Shown in pieces: positions 45,587-53,982 of a stretch of 64,000 bases of DNA; within the stretch, counting starts at the first letter, position 1; every line of letters begins with the position of its first letter. Below the pieces are notes generated by a model that was given only the letters and a program-made list of their open reading frames with translations, ran no database searches and was not told the DNA's origin. Source of the stretch: an uncultured archaeon (GTDB lineage: Archaea > Altiarchaeota > Altiarchaeia > IMC4 > SCGC-AAA252-I15). The position numbers and the translations under genes were made by a program. The stretch is taken from NCBI GenBank assembly GCA_964587725.1, contig CAZPLO010000004.1:16323-80322 (forward strand). The letters are read 5' to 3'.

Positions 45587-48500
45587 ATTCTACAGGGTCG
45601 ACGACGGACGCCTGCGTGAAGAAGACCCTGATGCCGTCGGAGGGTTGAAACGGACCAGGGCAGATGTCAACGCCGAAAGGATAACGGAGGGTGAGGTGCC
45701 GCCGCAGTTGATGCCGCCTCTGATGCATGCTATGGCGGACGAGCCACGCCGCATGTACGACGCATACCTGTTCAGCGCCAAAAACCCGGAAGGCTTCGAA
45801 ACAGTCAATGGCCTCCTCAGGGACGGTAGGATAGATGCGGACGAATTCAACACAGCCGTGAAACTGGGGGTGGACCGGCCGGCGGCGTTCAAGGATTTGA
45901 AGGACGTCATCTCCGAAGGCGGTGAAATGGTGGAGCGGTCGAGACTCGTCCTGGCGGTGGCTGCCAGAGGCTATGACAGGTTCGTTGAAGACAGTCTGCT
46001 GGCGGCCATGGACGACGAGCTGGGACTGGAGGATGTGAGGAAGCTGACGCGGGAGCTGAAGGCTGGCGAGGTAGGGGAATCAGAACTCAAGGGTAAACTT
46101 GAATCCCTGTGGCCGCAGCCGGAACCCCTGGAGCAGGAAGTCCGGGAGGTGGTGCAGCCGGAGGTACGTGAGCCGGAGATCACGCCGGAGGAGAGGAAAG
46201 CCAACCAGGTTGAAGACAGCATAATGACCACCTTCCCCGACGAGCACTGGAACCGGGCCGCCGACGCCTACGCCAGGTTCAAGGACGGCGGCCACAGCCT
46301 CACCGAAACCGAATGGCGGGACGTATTCCACGCCGTCGGGAGAACCCATGAAGACCGTTTCCCGGAGGAGAAGATACTCTATTTTGAAAACATGATGGCG
46401 CAGCCGGAGCACATAAGCATGTACGTGAACAATGAGAGACTCAGCAGGGCTTGGAAGCTGATGGAGGGTGTGGGCGCGGACATAAGATACAACCCAGACC
46501 AGGATTTCAGGAGGGAGTCGTTCAATACAGTATTCCTCAGAGAGCCCGAAGTCTTCCAGTTCCTGACAGGGGAAAAATCAGATTCCATAGGGGAAGCGGT
46601 TAATGGGGTGAGGGTTGTGTGCGGACGCGATAACGCGCTGAAGTACCTGAGGCACATTATCTCCCACCGCGGACAGGCGGACGTGCTTGCTGACGCGTCT
46701 CGGGTGACCAGGGCGGGTATGCTGGTGGACTCGGTCAATGAAGAGGAAGGCGGGTTGCGGGAGAGAGCATTCTATGACGTGTTCCTGTCCGAACCCGGCG
46801 ACTTCCAGCTGCTGACGGGAGAGATGGCAGGCGGCCTCCGGGAGGCTGTGTCGACGGTGGACTCCCCCGTCGAACACCGGCTGAGGTTCCTAGAGCACAT
46901 GCTGTCACCGGAAGACCCCGGCAGAGACTACATGGAGGCTGTGGCGGACGGCAAAAGCTTCGGCATCGCGGCGAACGTCATGGACGGCCTGCGGCACATC
47001 ACCCACGAATTCAACAACGGCAGGGGCGTGTTCAAATCCGACGAGGCGCTGGCGGAGGCAATGGCGGGATACGGCCTGGAGGGAAGATACGACGACATGG
47101 TGTTCGAGAGCGTGTTCATCCGCTCCCCTGACACCTTCAGAAGAATCGCCAGCGGGAAATCCCACGAGGCCATGAGGGAGATACTGACGGACAACGATAA
47201 AATCCGGAGTGCGGGCCACTACATGAAAGACTACATACTGCTGCTGGGCAAGAGACCCGAGGTGCTGGGGAACTTCATAGAGGTGGAGGAGGGCAGGATC
47301 ATATGGGCGGACAGGATACCCGTGTACATCAGCGCAGTCTCGCGGCTGCAGGACGGGGACAGACGCGTTAAACGGTACTTCCATGCGATGATGGGCGGCA
47401 GCGAATACGCGACGGCTTTGAGCAACCCCGAAGTCATCGACAGAGCCCTTGGCTACCTCCGAGACCCCAACGTTATGCGCTACCTGCAGCCGACTACGGC
47501 AGTGCACCCCGACTTCATGGCCATGGACAGGGAGGAGCAGGCGGCTGAGCTGAACACAGTCCGCAGAATCATAGAGGAGGAAGAGAGGGTTGAGGCTCCT
47601 CATAGGGAGGGGCCTGGGGTCAAGGAACCCCGGCGACGGGAGAGGGAAGCCGGCGTGGAGAGGGAACGCAGGCCTCTGAGGCTGACCACAACGTTGCACG
47701 GGGTTATGATACCGAATCCCGAGTACGCGTCGATGGAGTGGGAGGGAGTGGACTCCGAGGTCCGGAGCATGTTCACGTTGAACACCACCCACATGAGCGC
47801 GAGCGAGATAGGGAAGCTCAGGGAGCTGAACCTGCCGTACCACCAGTCGCTGATATTCAACGTGCTGACCAACGTCAGCGGCAGACTGGAGGCTTCAGTG
47901 GACGAACTTCAGAGGATTATGATGATGCATCCGCTGGTGGGCGTGGTCTACGGAGGCGAGGGGGGCAGGGACAACCTGCTCGCCGACATACGGGCCATGA
48001 GCGAAGGAAACATGCCCCTCTACGCCGCAGGGGGCGTTGTGGGCATAAGGGAGGATTACACCAACATAGGCAGGACCGACGTCGGCGAAGCCAGGGGCAG
48101 CATCATGCGGGAGGCGGGAGGCGAAGACCAGGTCGCCGTACTGACTGCACTGGCGGAGTCAGAGGACCATCACGCCAGGATAGACGACGTCATAACCAAG
48201 GTGGCGGGCTTCACGGGCCGGCACCCCTCCGACATTTCAGACACAGTCAGGGGGGTGGTGGGCGAGCTGAAGAAGCAGGGTGTTTTGGTGAACGCGGAAC
48301 CCACGGGCAACGAGGTGTTGTTGAGCCCGTCGTTCATAGCCGAGGTCCAGGGCATGAAGGTGCCTGAGGCCTACTGGAGCACGTACCGGCACGTGGTGGA
48401 TCCGCTGGCGAGGGTGCGTGGCATGTATTTGGCTGAGTTCGGAGACGAACCCGGCGTAGAGGACTTCAACCCCCGTATGGTGTCAACAGAGCAGGGGGTG

Positions 48501-49208
48501 CGGGATGCGGTCGCGATGTTCAGCAGCAGGGACGACGCCATCATAACACGGAGGCTGGCTCTGCTGAAGATTATGTCCAGGCTGAACCTGGACCTGAACC
48601 ACGGCGCCAAGCTGGAGAACATCAGGAGGCATGCGGGTGAGGCGGGGTTGAGCGACACGATGGTGAACAGGGTGCTACCGCAGCTGGTGGACGACAGGGA
48701 AGGCGTGTTGCAGAGGGTGGCGCTCGGATACTACAGGATAAACCCGCGATACTGGGCCAAGAAGGAGACCGTCTACGGGGAGATAGAGTACGGTGAGTTC
48801 GACCGCACGAATCCGGAGATGCATGGGAACATAGACGGTGAACGAGTGGAGGCAGATGTGATGAGAAAAGTGGATGAGAGGGACGTGGGGGATGCTATGA
48901 CGCTTCTGAAATCCATCTCCCACCAGCACCGGCGGAGACGGTACTGTGCGAGAGCCAGCGACCTCCGGGATTTGATGAGGATGTGGGGGGTTGACGTCTC
49001 ACTGGAGGATGTGACACGCGACCTTGACGCCCTAGGGAAGAGCATCGAGGCGCCGGTGCGGGTGAGGGACAGGTGGGTGGACGGTGAACTGGTTCAGGAG
49101 GAGGTGCCCGTGGGCGCGTCGTATCCTCCGCTGGTTGACAAGTATTCGCCGCCGGAGGCGTCTCAAGAAAGATATTTCATATTCAACCCCAGCGGACACT
49201 ACAGCTGA
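45579..49208 (+). CDS. Giant hypothetical cytoplasmic protein 2 (about 1210 aa) with three internal repeats of about 90 aa
   Basis: A likely GTG start at 45579 (or 45570) is preceded by GGAGGT at 45565-45570 and overlaps the upstream TAA, so the listed ORF from 45453 is probably over-extended. Repeats FNTVFLREPEVFQFLTGEKS, FYDVFLSEPGDFQLLTGEMAG and FESVFIRSPDTFRRIASGKS. Confidence 0.6.
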   Translation: MNKFYRVDDGRLREEDPDAVGGLKRTRADVNAERITEGEVPPQLMPPLMHAMADEPRRMYDAYLFSAKNPEGFETVNGLLRDGRIDADEFNTAVKLGVDRPAAFKDLKDVISEGGEMVERSRLVLAVAARGYDRFVEDSLLAAMDDELGLEDVRKLTRELKAGEVGESELKGKLESLWPQPEPLEQEVREVVQPEVREPEITPEERKANQVEDSIMTTFPDEHWNRAADAYARFKDGGHSLTETEWRDVFHAVGRTHEDRFPEEKILYFENMMAQPEHISMYVNNERLSRAWKLMEGVGADIRYNPDQDFRRESFNTVFLREPEVFQFLTGEKSDSIGEAVNGVRVVCGRDNALKYLRHIISHRGQADVLADASRVTRAGMLVDSVNEEEGGLRERAFYDVFLSEPGDFQLLTGEMAGGLREAVSTVDSPVEHRLRFLEHMLSPEDPGRDYMEAVADGKSFGIAANVMDGLRHITHEFNNGRGVFKSDEALAEAMAGYGLEGRYDDMVFESVFIRSPDTFRRIASGKSHEAMREILTDNDKIRSAGHYMKDYILLLGKRPEVLGNFIEVEEGRIIWADRIPVYISAVSRLQDGDRRVKRYFHAMMGGSEYATALSNPEVIDRALGYLRDPNVMRYLQPTTAVHPDFMAMDREEQAAELNTVRRIIEEEERVEAPHREGPGVKEPRRREREAGVERERRPLRLTTTLHGVMIPNPEYASMEWEGVDSEVRSMFTLNTTHMSASEIGKLRELNLPYHQSLIFNVLTNVSGRLEASVDELQRIMMMHPLVGVVYGGEGGRDNLLADIRAMSEGNMPLYAAGGVVGIREDYTNIGRTDVGEARGSIMREAGGEDQVAVLTALAESEDHHARIDDVITKVAGFTGRHPSDISDTVRGVVGELKKQGVLVNAEPTGNEVLLSPSFIAEVQGMKVPEAYWSTYRHVVDPLARVRGMYLAEFGDEPGVEDFNPRMVSTEQGVRDAVAMFSSRDDAIITRRLALLKIMSRLNLDLNHGAKLENIRRHAGEAGLSDTMVNRVLPQLVDDREGVLQRVALGYYRINPRYWAKKETVYGEIEYGEFDRTNPEMHGNIDGERVEADVMRKVDERDVGDAMTLLKSISHQHRRRRYCARASDLRDLMRMWGVDVSLEDVTRDLDALGKSIEAPVRVRDRWVDGELVQEEVPVGASYPPLVDKYSPPEASQERYFIFNPSGHYS

Positions 49209-49263
49209 AGTTTAAATTATTTTGAATTTTTTATAAATTATTTATAAAATATTCTAAATTTTT

Positions 49264-50148
49264 TCAACTCGATTTGATGCCGGAGAACAGAGCCAGAACC
49301 TCCACCCCCTCGGCGCTGTCGTCGACCGTGTTAGTCCATATGAGGCTGGCTTCCCCTGCCTCCGCGGATATCCTGTCCAGCGCATCCTGCAGGCCGCGCA
49401 ATGCCTTGGAGTGGGTGGTGAAGTTCAGCAACACCCCGGACGCGGTGCCGACGTCCCCGCCTACGAGCGGAGAAGACAGCGCCGACTCAACCGCCTTGGC
49501 CAGGGTGGGTCCGACTCCGTGGCCGATGGCCCCGTAGCCGGTGAGCAGCGGCCGCAGGTTATCGAGGCCGGAGTCGATTATCAGCTTCACCATGCCACGG
49601 ACAGCCTCCAACAGCAGGTGGTTGACTTTCGTGAACGCATCCCGTATCGACAAATCCGGAACCACCTTCAGGAAACGGTCGTTCTCTATCACCACTATCA
49701 GGTCGCAGTAGGGGTGGAGGTTGTCGAGCGCGGCTTTGGCGTTGCTCCTGCACACCTTCCCCTCCGCAGTGAACGGTGTGTTCACGAAAGCCACAACGGT
49801 GCTGCCGTGCTCCTTCGCAGCCTCCGCCACAATCGGCGACGCCCCCGCGCCGGTGCCGCCCCCTATGCCCGCGATGACAAAGGTTGCTTCCGCGCCGGCG
49901 AGCACGCCCGCCAGTTTGTCGCGGTCGCCTATGGCTGCCTGCTCCCCCAGCATGATGTTGTTGCCGGTGCTCCTCCCCTTGGTGACATCCCGTCCAATCA
50001 ACACCTTGGTGGGGACCTTACGTTCCAGCAGGGACATTGCGTCGGTGTGTACGGCTATGAGCTCGCAGCCGCATTCACCCATGCGCTCCACGGTCGCGCA
50101 CCCGCTGCCTCCGACCCCCACCACCTTGATTGCGTGCCCGGAAGACAT
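49264..50148 (-). CDS. ftsZ: FtsZ/tubulin-family GTPase, compact (294 aa, no C-terminal linker/tail)
   Basis: IKVVGVGGSGCATV (G1), GGGTGAG (T4 tubulin signature), DLIVVIENDRFL (FtsZ NDxxL). The C-terminal domain ends VEVLALFSGI. The T7 region GLDNLRPLL is divergent from GLINVDFADV. Confidence 0.7.
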   Translation of the reverse strand: MSSGHAIKVVGVGGSGCATVERMGECGCELIAVHTDAMSLLERKVPTKVLIGRDVTKGRSTGNNIMLGEQAAIGDRDKLAGVLAGAEATFVIAGIGGGTGAGASPIVAEAAKEHGSTVVAFVNTPFTAEGKVCRSNAKAALDNLHPYCDLIVVIENDRFLKVVPDLSIRDAFTKVNHLLLEAVRGMVKLIIDSGLDNLRPLLTGYGAIGHGVGPTLAKAVESALSSPLVGGDVGTASGVLLNFTTHSKALRGLQDALDRISAEAGEASLIWTNTVDDSAEGVEVLALFSGIKSS

Positions 50149-50149
50149 T

Positions 50150-51064
50150 CTATTTCAGCATCTGCCCTTCATCGGAGAACATGGACTCCAGCCACTTCAT
50201 CAGCTCCGGGCCCCCACGCCGGATTGGCTGGCTGGACAGCACCTCCTTGAACACCATGTCGGAGGTTTCATCCGGTTCCCTCTCACCCCCGAGTACCTGA
50301 GCGGCATCGCCAAGGAGTTCACCCGGCTTCTTCTCCACCCCCCGATCTGCAAGCTCATTGGCCAGCTTCTCCGACGAATCAGCCATGGCCAAAACCATCT
50401 CCTGCCGGCTTTCCGGCACACCCTGCTCCGTCAGAAGCCTCTTTGCCTCGTCCCTGCCTTCTGCAGCGGATTCCACAACAGCCTTGGCAGCCTCCAGGTT
50501 AACGACCATGTCGTCCGCGCTCGCCTTCACACGCATATCAGACACCTGGTCGTCGAGCACGCTGTTAATCTTCTCCTCCGCACCGGGAAGCTTCGATGAG
50601 TCGACTCCGCGCGACGTCTGAATGACCTCCGCCGCCACGGTGCCCTCGGCGGTGCGGGCCATCTCGTCCGCCTCCCCCGGAGTCACATTTATGGAACCCT
50701 CGCGGTTGGCTATGGACCAGGTCTCCCGGCCGAGGTCTTCAGCACCTGTCAAATCCCCCTGCGAAGCCATGGACTCCGAAGCCACCGCGGTCCTCAGCTC
50801 AGTGTCGGTCGTCGCCTGGTCCTGCCCCCCGGTGTCGAGCAATGACTTGTTACGTCCCACGGGGCTGCCGGGCCTGTCCAGTTCGGGGGCCTTCTCCAAT
50901 TTCACCCCGTGGCCGGCCTCGACCCCCACCAACTGCTCATTCAACCTTTTTTTCTCGTCCGGCGGCAGCTGCCTCCTTAACTCCTCGGCGGACACCCTAT
51001 CTGTCCCGGCCATTTCAGCCACGTCTTCGGCCGTGGGCCTACGCTTCAACGCCGTGTCCGCCAT
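50150..51064 (-). CDS. Acidic low-complexity (likely disordered) protein translationally coupled to the FtsZ-like gene
   Basis: Internal ATG of ORF 50150..51553 (the upstream extension overlaps the divergent promoter and the + gene). 305 aa, rich in A, E, D, G, S and T. The C-terminal peptide PELMKWLESMFSDEGQMLK is amphipathic. Its stop lies 1 nt from the ftsZ-like ATG. Confidence 0.5.
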   Translation of the reverse strand: MADTALKRRPTAEDVAEMAGTDRVSAEELRRQLPPDEKKRLNEQLVGVEAGHGVKLEKAPELDRPGSPVGRNKSLLDTGGQDQATTDTELRTAVASESMASQGDLTGAEDLGRETWSIANREGSINVTPGEADEMARTAEGTVAAEVIQTSRGVDSSKLPGAEEKINSVLDDQVSDMRVKASADDMVVNLEAAKAVVESAAEGRDEAKRLLTEQGVPESRQEMVLAMADSSEKLANELADRGVEKKPGELLGDAAQVLGGEREPDETSDMVFKEVLSSQPIRRGGPELMKWLESMFSDEGQMLK

Positions 51065-51118
51065 AACGTTTAATACTGGGCAGTATGTACTTAAATCCGT
51101 TGAATCCAAGTTCAATAG

Positions 51119-52081
51119 ATGGAGAACGAGCTTCGGCGTGACTATTTTCTGGACCGCCATGTTATCATCGCGGTCGGGCGCGGGAAGCGGCCGACCGACT
51201 TCAAAAAAGATGGTGCGGCAGAGGATGGCGGGGGGAAGACCTGCTTCTTCTGCCCAGGCAACGAGCACACGACGCCACCGGAGATAAGCAGGGTTGAAGA
51301 GGACGGGAGGTGGGTGATACGGGTGTTCCCCAACAAATTCCCCGCGGTAACGAAGGAGGAGGGGGAGGCAGGAGAGTATCTGATGCCCGCCTACGGCGAC
51401 CACGAGGTGGTGGTGGAAAGCCCAGTCCACGGGGAGACGGTGGCGGACTTGAGCTTGAACAGGATAGCCCAGGTCCTGAAGGTGTACATGGAGAGGGTTG
51501 AGGCGATGCTGTCCGACCCGAAGGCAGAGTATGCGCTGGTGTTCAAAAACCACGGCAAAAAAGCTGGTGCGTCTCTAAGCCACACCCACACCCAGATAAT
51601 TTCGCTGCCGGTGGTGCCGGAGCTGGTCCGGGAGGAGGCTGACGCCGCCGACGCCCACATAACCTGGAAGGGCTCGTGTCCGCTGTGCGACGCCTGGAAA
51701 AAAGAATCCGGCGGGCCCAGGAGCGTGTGGGAGGACGAAAACGTCTCAGTATTCACGCCCTACGCCTCCAGATCCCCCATGGAGGCCTGGGTGGTGCCTA
51801 AAAAACACGCTCTCCAGCTGAGCGACTTGACGGGTGAGGAGATGGGAGGCATGGCCTATGGTTTGAAGCTGCTGCTGCAGTCTTTGAAGGAGAGGCTGGG
51901 AGACCCGGCATACAACATGGTCCTGCATTTAAGCCCCGCGGGAAGAGACCTCCACATGCACTTTGAACTGCTTCCTAGGCTTTCAAACTGGGCTGGGTTC
52001 GAACTGGGTTCCGGGATAATAATCAACAGCATGCCGCCGGAGACGGCTGCGGAGTTCTACAGGAGCGGAGAGGGTATTTAA
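51119..52081 (+). CDS. Galactose-1-phosphate uridylyltransferase-like HIT-superfamily nucleotidyltransferase
   Basis: CFFCPGNEHTTPPE zinc knuckle and HTHTQ (HxHxQ) catalytic motif. 320 aa. Confidence 0.7.
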   Translation: MENELRRDYFLDRHVIIAVGRGKRPTDFKKDGAAEDGGGKTCFFCPGNEHTTPPEISRVEEDGRWVIRVFPNKFPAVTKEEGEAGEYLMPAYGDHEVVVESPVHGETVADLSLNRIAQVLKVYMERVEAMLSDPKAEYALVFKNHGKKAGASLSHTHTQIISLPVVPELVREEADAADAHITWKGSCPLCDAWKKESGGPRSVWEDENVSVFTPYASRSPMEAWVVPKKHALQLSDLTGEEMGGMAYGLKLLLQSLKERLGDPAYNMVLHLSPAGRDLHMHFELLPRLSNWAGFELGSGIIINSMPPETAAEFYRSGEGI

Positions 52082-52100
52082 TCCAGTATTTTATATTTTT
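52072..52100 (+). promoter_or_regulatory. AT-rich promoter region (gtatttaatcc ... ttttatatttttt) before ATG 52105
   Basis: The only AT-rich block near the start. It overlaps the 3' end of the upstream gene. Confidence 0.35.
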
Positions 52101-52104
52101 TAAG

Positions 52105-53982
52105 ATGAGGACTGCCCTGTCGCTGACGCTGGTCTTGCTTCTGACATGCTGTTCCGCAGCACAGGAACCCAGTGTCCTCACCCAGATGTGGGAGCAGAGC
52201 CCCATACCCCTCGGAGAAACCGCAGTGGTGGTGGACGCCTACGTGGGGGACCTGGACAACAACGGCGTTGAGGAAGCGTGCGTTGTTACGTCAGGGGTGG
52301 CGACCGGCCGGACCGCAACCCAGAAGAACAGGGTGGTGGCCTACGGCGCCAACGGCACAGTCTTCTGGACCTATGGAGTAGACGGCAGAGTGCGGGCCTC
52401 CGCCCTCTACGACATAAACAACGACCGCAACCTCGAGTTCATAGTTTCAAGCGGGGAGAAAATGAACCTGCTGCAGAGCGGCAGCATACGGGTGATAGGG
52501 GGTTTCGGAAACCTTCTGAGGAGTTTCAGCTCCAGCGCCATAGTAGATTCCATGTACGTGACCGACATGGACGGCGACAGATACTATGAGATAGTGGGTG
52601 GGGGCGTGAAGAGGGTGTTCCTGTACAGGAGCTTCGGGGAGAACATATGGCATTACCCCCCCGAAGGCGGGGGAGGATTCAACGTCTCGGTGAACGCCGT
52701 CCACTCAGCAGACATAAACGGCGACGGCGTAAGCGAAGTCGCGGCTGGAGCGGACAGGATATACTACATAGACTTGGAGGGAAACCTCATGGGTTCGGTG
52801 GACACGGAGCCGGAAGTCCACCAACTCAAGAAGGGATTCAAATACCTTGAGATGGTAAGGCTGGGCGGGGGAGGGTACCTGGACACCCTCGCCGTCACCG
52901 AATCGGACAGGATAGTGGCCGTCGGCGTGGAGGACGGCATGATGCAGCAGGATGTTTTTAAGATAAAGTTGAACATCCGCTGGACCACCGACCTCGGGTG
53001 CACCGTCAACGCCGTGGAGACATACAACATAGACACAGACGATTTCACAGAGGTGATAGTGGCGTGCTCCGACAACAAGGTCTACGCCATAGACAACAAC
53101 GGGTGGACTGTCTGGGAGTACCCCCTCGACGGGGAGCCCATGGACCTGTACATAAAGGACATGGACGGCGACGGCCTGGAAGACCTGTTGGTGGGGACTT
53201 CAAGCGGCTCCATCTACCTGCTCGACCTTTCAGGAGACTTTAAGTGGATACACAAGACCGGCTCCCCCGTGGTGAAGGTCGCCGCCGGGGACATCGACGG
53301 AGACAGGATGAACGAGGTGTTCGTGGTCTCGGAGGAGCCGCTGGCGAAGGCCTACGCGGTGAACGAGACATATACGCTTAGAAGGAGGGCGGACACCACC
53401 TTCAACATGGGTCAGGAAGCGTACATAACCTCCGACTACGACGACGCCCTCAAGTACTTCAGGGAGGCTTCGGACCTGTACAGGCGCCTAGGCAGTGAAA
53501 AAGGGGTTATGGATTCTCAGACCTTCATAGCCAAGATAGAGTCCAGGATACTGGAGGAGAGGAGGGCGGAGGCGGACATATTCTATGAGCGCGCGCAGGA
53601 CGCGTTCATCGCAGGCGACTATGCCGGAACACGGCAGCATGTGGGACGGGCGAAAGGCATATACGAGGAATTCGGGGACATAGACGGGGTAGTGAAGTGC
53701 GAGCTGCTGGAGGTGAGGATAGACCAGCAGACAGGGGTGGTTGAGCCCACGGTGACACTGCCCAGGTCCACCTCCACCACCGTCCCCGACACGGGCGGAG
53801 GCGGGGACAACACCCTCCTGATTATTCTCGCCGGAGGCGTGGGACTGCTCGCCGCCGTATTCATCATGAAAAGACGGTCGGCTGGCGCCGAAACCATAGA
53901 TGAGTCCGTGGACTCGTCCAAGGACGCGTGGGAGCGTGAGGTTCTCGGGTTGGACGATGAAACAGAGGAGGATGTGAAATGA
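52105..53982 (+). CDS. Surface protein: signal peptide, FG-GAP beta-propeller repeats, TPR-like helical repeats, C-terminal TM
   Basis: Signal MRTALSLTLVLLLTCCSAAQ. FG-GAP-like units (DLDNNGVEEACVVTS, DINNDRNLEFIVSSG, DMDGDRYYEIVGGG, DINGDGVSEVAAGA, DMDGDGLEDLLVGTSSG, DIDGDRMNEVFVVS). Helical units YDDALKYFREASDLYRRLGSEKG and YAGTRQHVGRAKGIYEEFGDIDG. Anchor LLIILAGGVGLLAAVFIM. Confidence 0.7.
   Translation: MRTALSLTLVLLLTCCSAAQEPSVLTQMWEQSPIPLGETAVVVDAYVGDLDNNGVEEACVVTSGVATGRTATQKNRVVAYGANGTVFWTYGVDGRVRASALYDINNDRNLEFIVSSGEKMNLLQSGSIRVIGGFGNLLRSFSSSAIVDSMYVTDMDGDRYYEIVGGGVKRVFLYRSFGENIWHYPPEGGGGFNVSVNAVHSADINGDGVSEVAAGADRIYYIDLEGNLMGSVDTEPEVHQLKKGFKYLEMVRLGGGGYLDTLAVTESDRIVAVGVEDGMMQQDVFKIKLNIRWTTDLGCTVNAVETYNIDTDDFTEVIVACSDNKVYAIDNNGWTVWEYPLDGEPMDLYIKDMDGDGLEDLLVGTSSGSIYLLDLSGDFKWIHKTGSPVVKVAAGDIDGDRMNEVFVVSEEPLAKAYAVNETYTLRRRADTTFNMGQEAYITSDYDDALKYFREASDLYRRLGSEKGVMDSQTFIAKIESRILEERRAEADIFYERAQDAFIAGDYAGTRQHVGRAKGIYEEFGDIDGVVKCELLEVRIDQQTGVVEPTVTLPRSTSTTVPDTGGGGDNTLLIILAGGVGLLAAVFIMKRRSAGAETIDESVDSSKDAWEREVLGLDDETEEDVK

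Noticed and set aside
42638-47843. Antisense ORFs of 300-370 aa (42638..43750, 43877..44791, 46905..47843) opposite the giant genes
   Set aside because: Pro/His/Val/Arg-rich. The + strand frames have normal protein composition and uninterrupted length above 900 codons, which would not be expected by chance.
51065-51553. N-terminal 163 codons of listed ORF 50150..51553 (minus)
   Set aside because: They run across the divergent promoter and into the GalT-like gene on the other strand. Composition changes sharply at the internal ATG 51064, which sits one promoter-length from the + gene.
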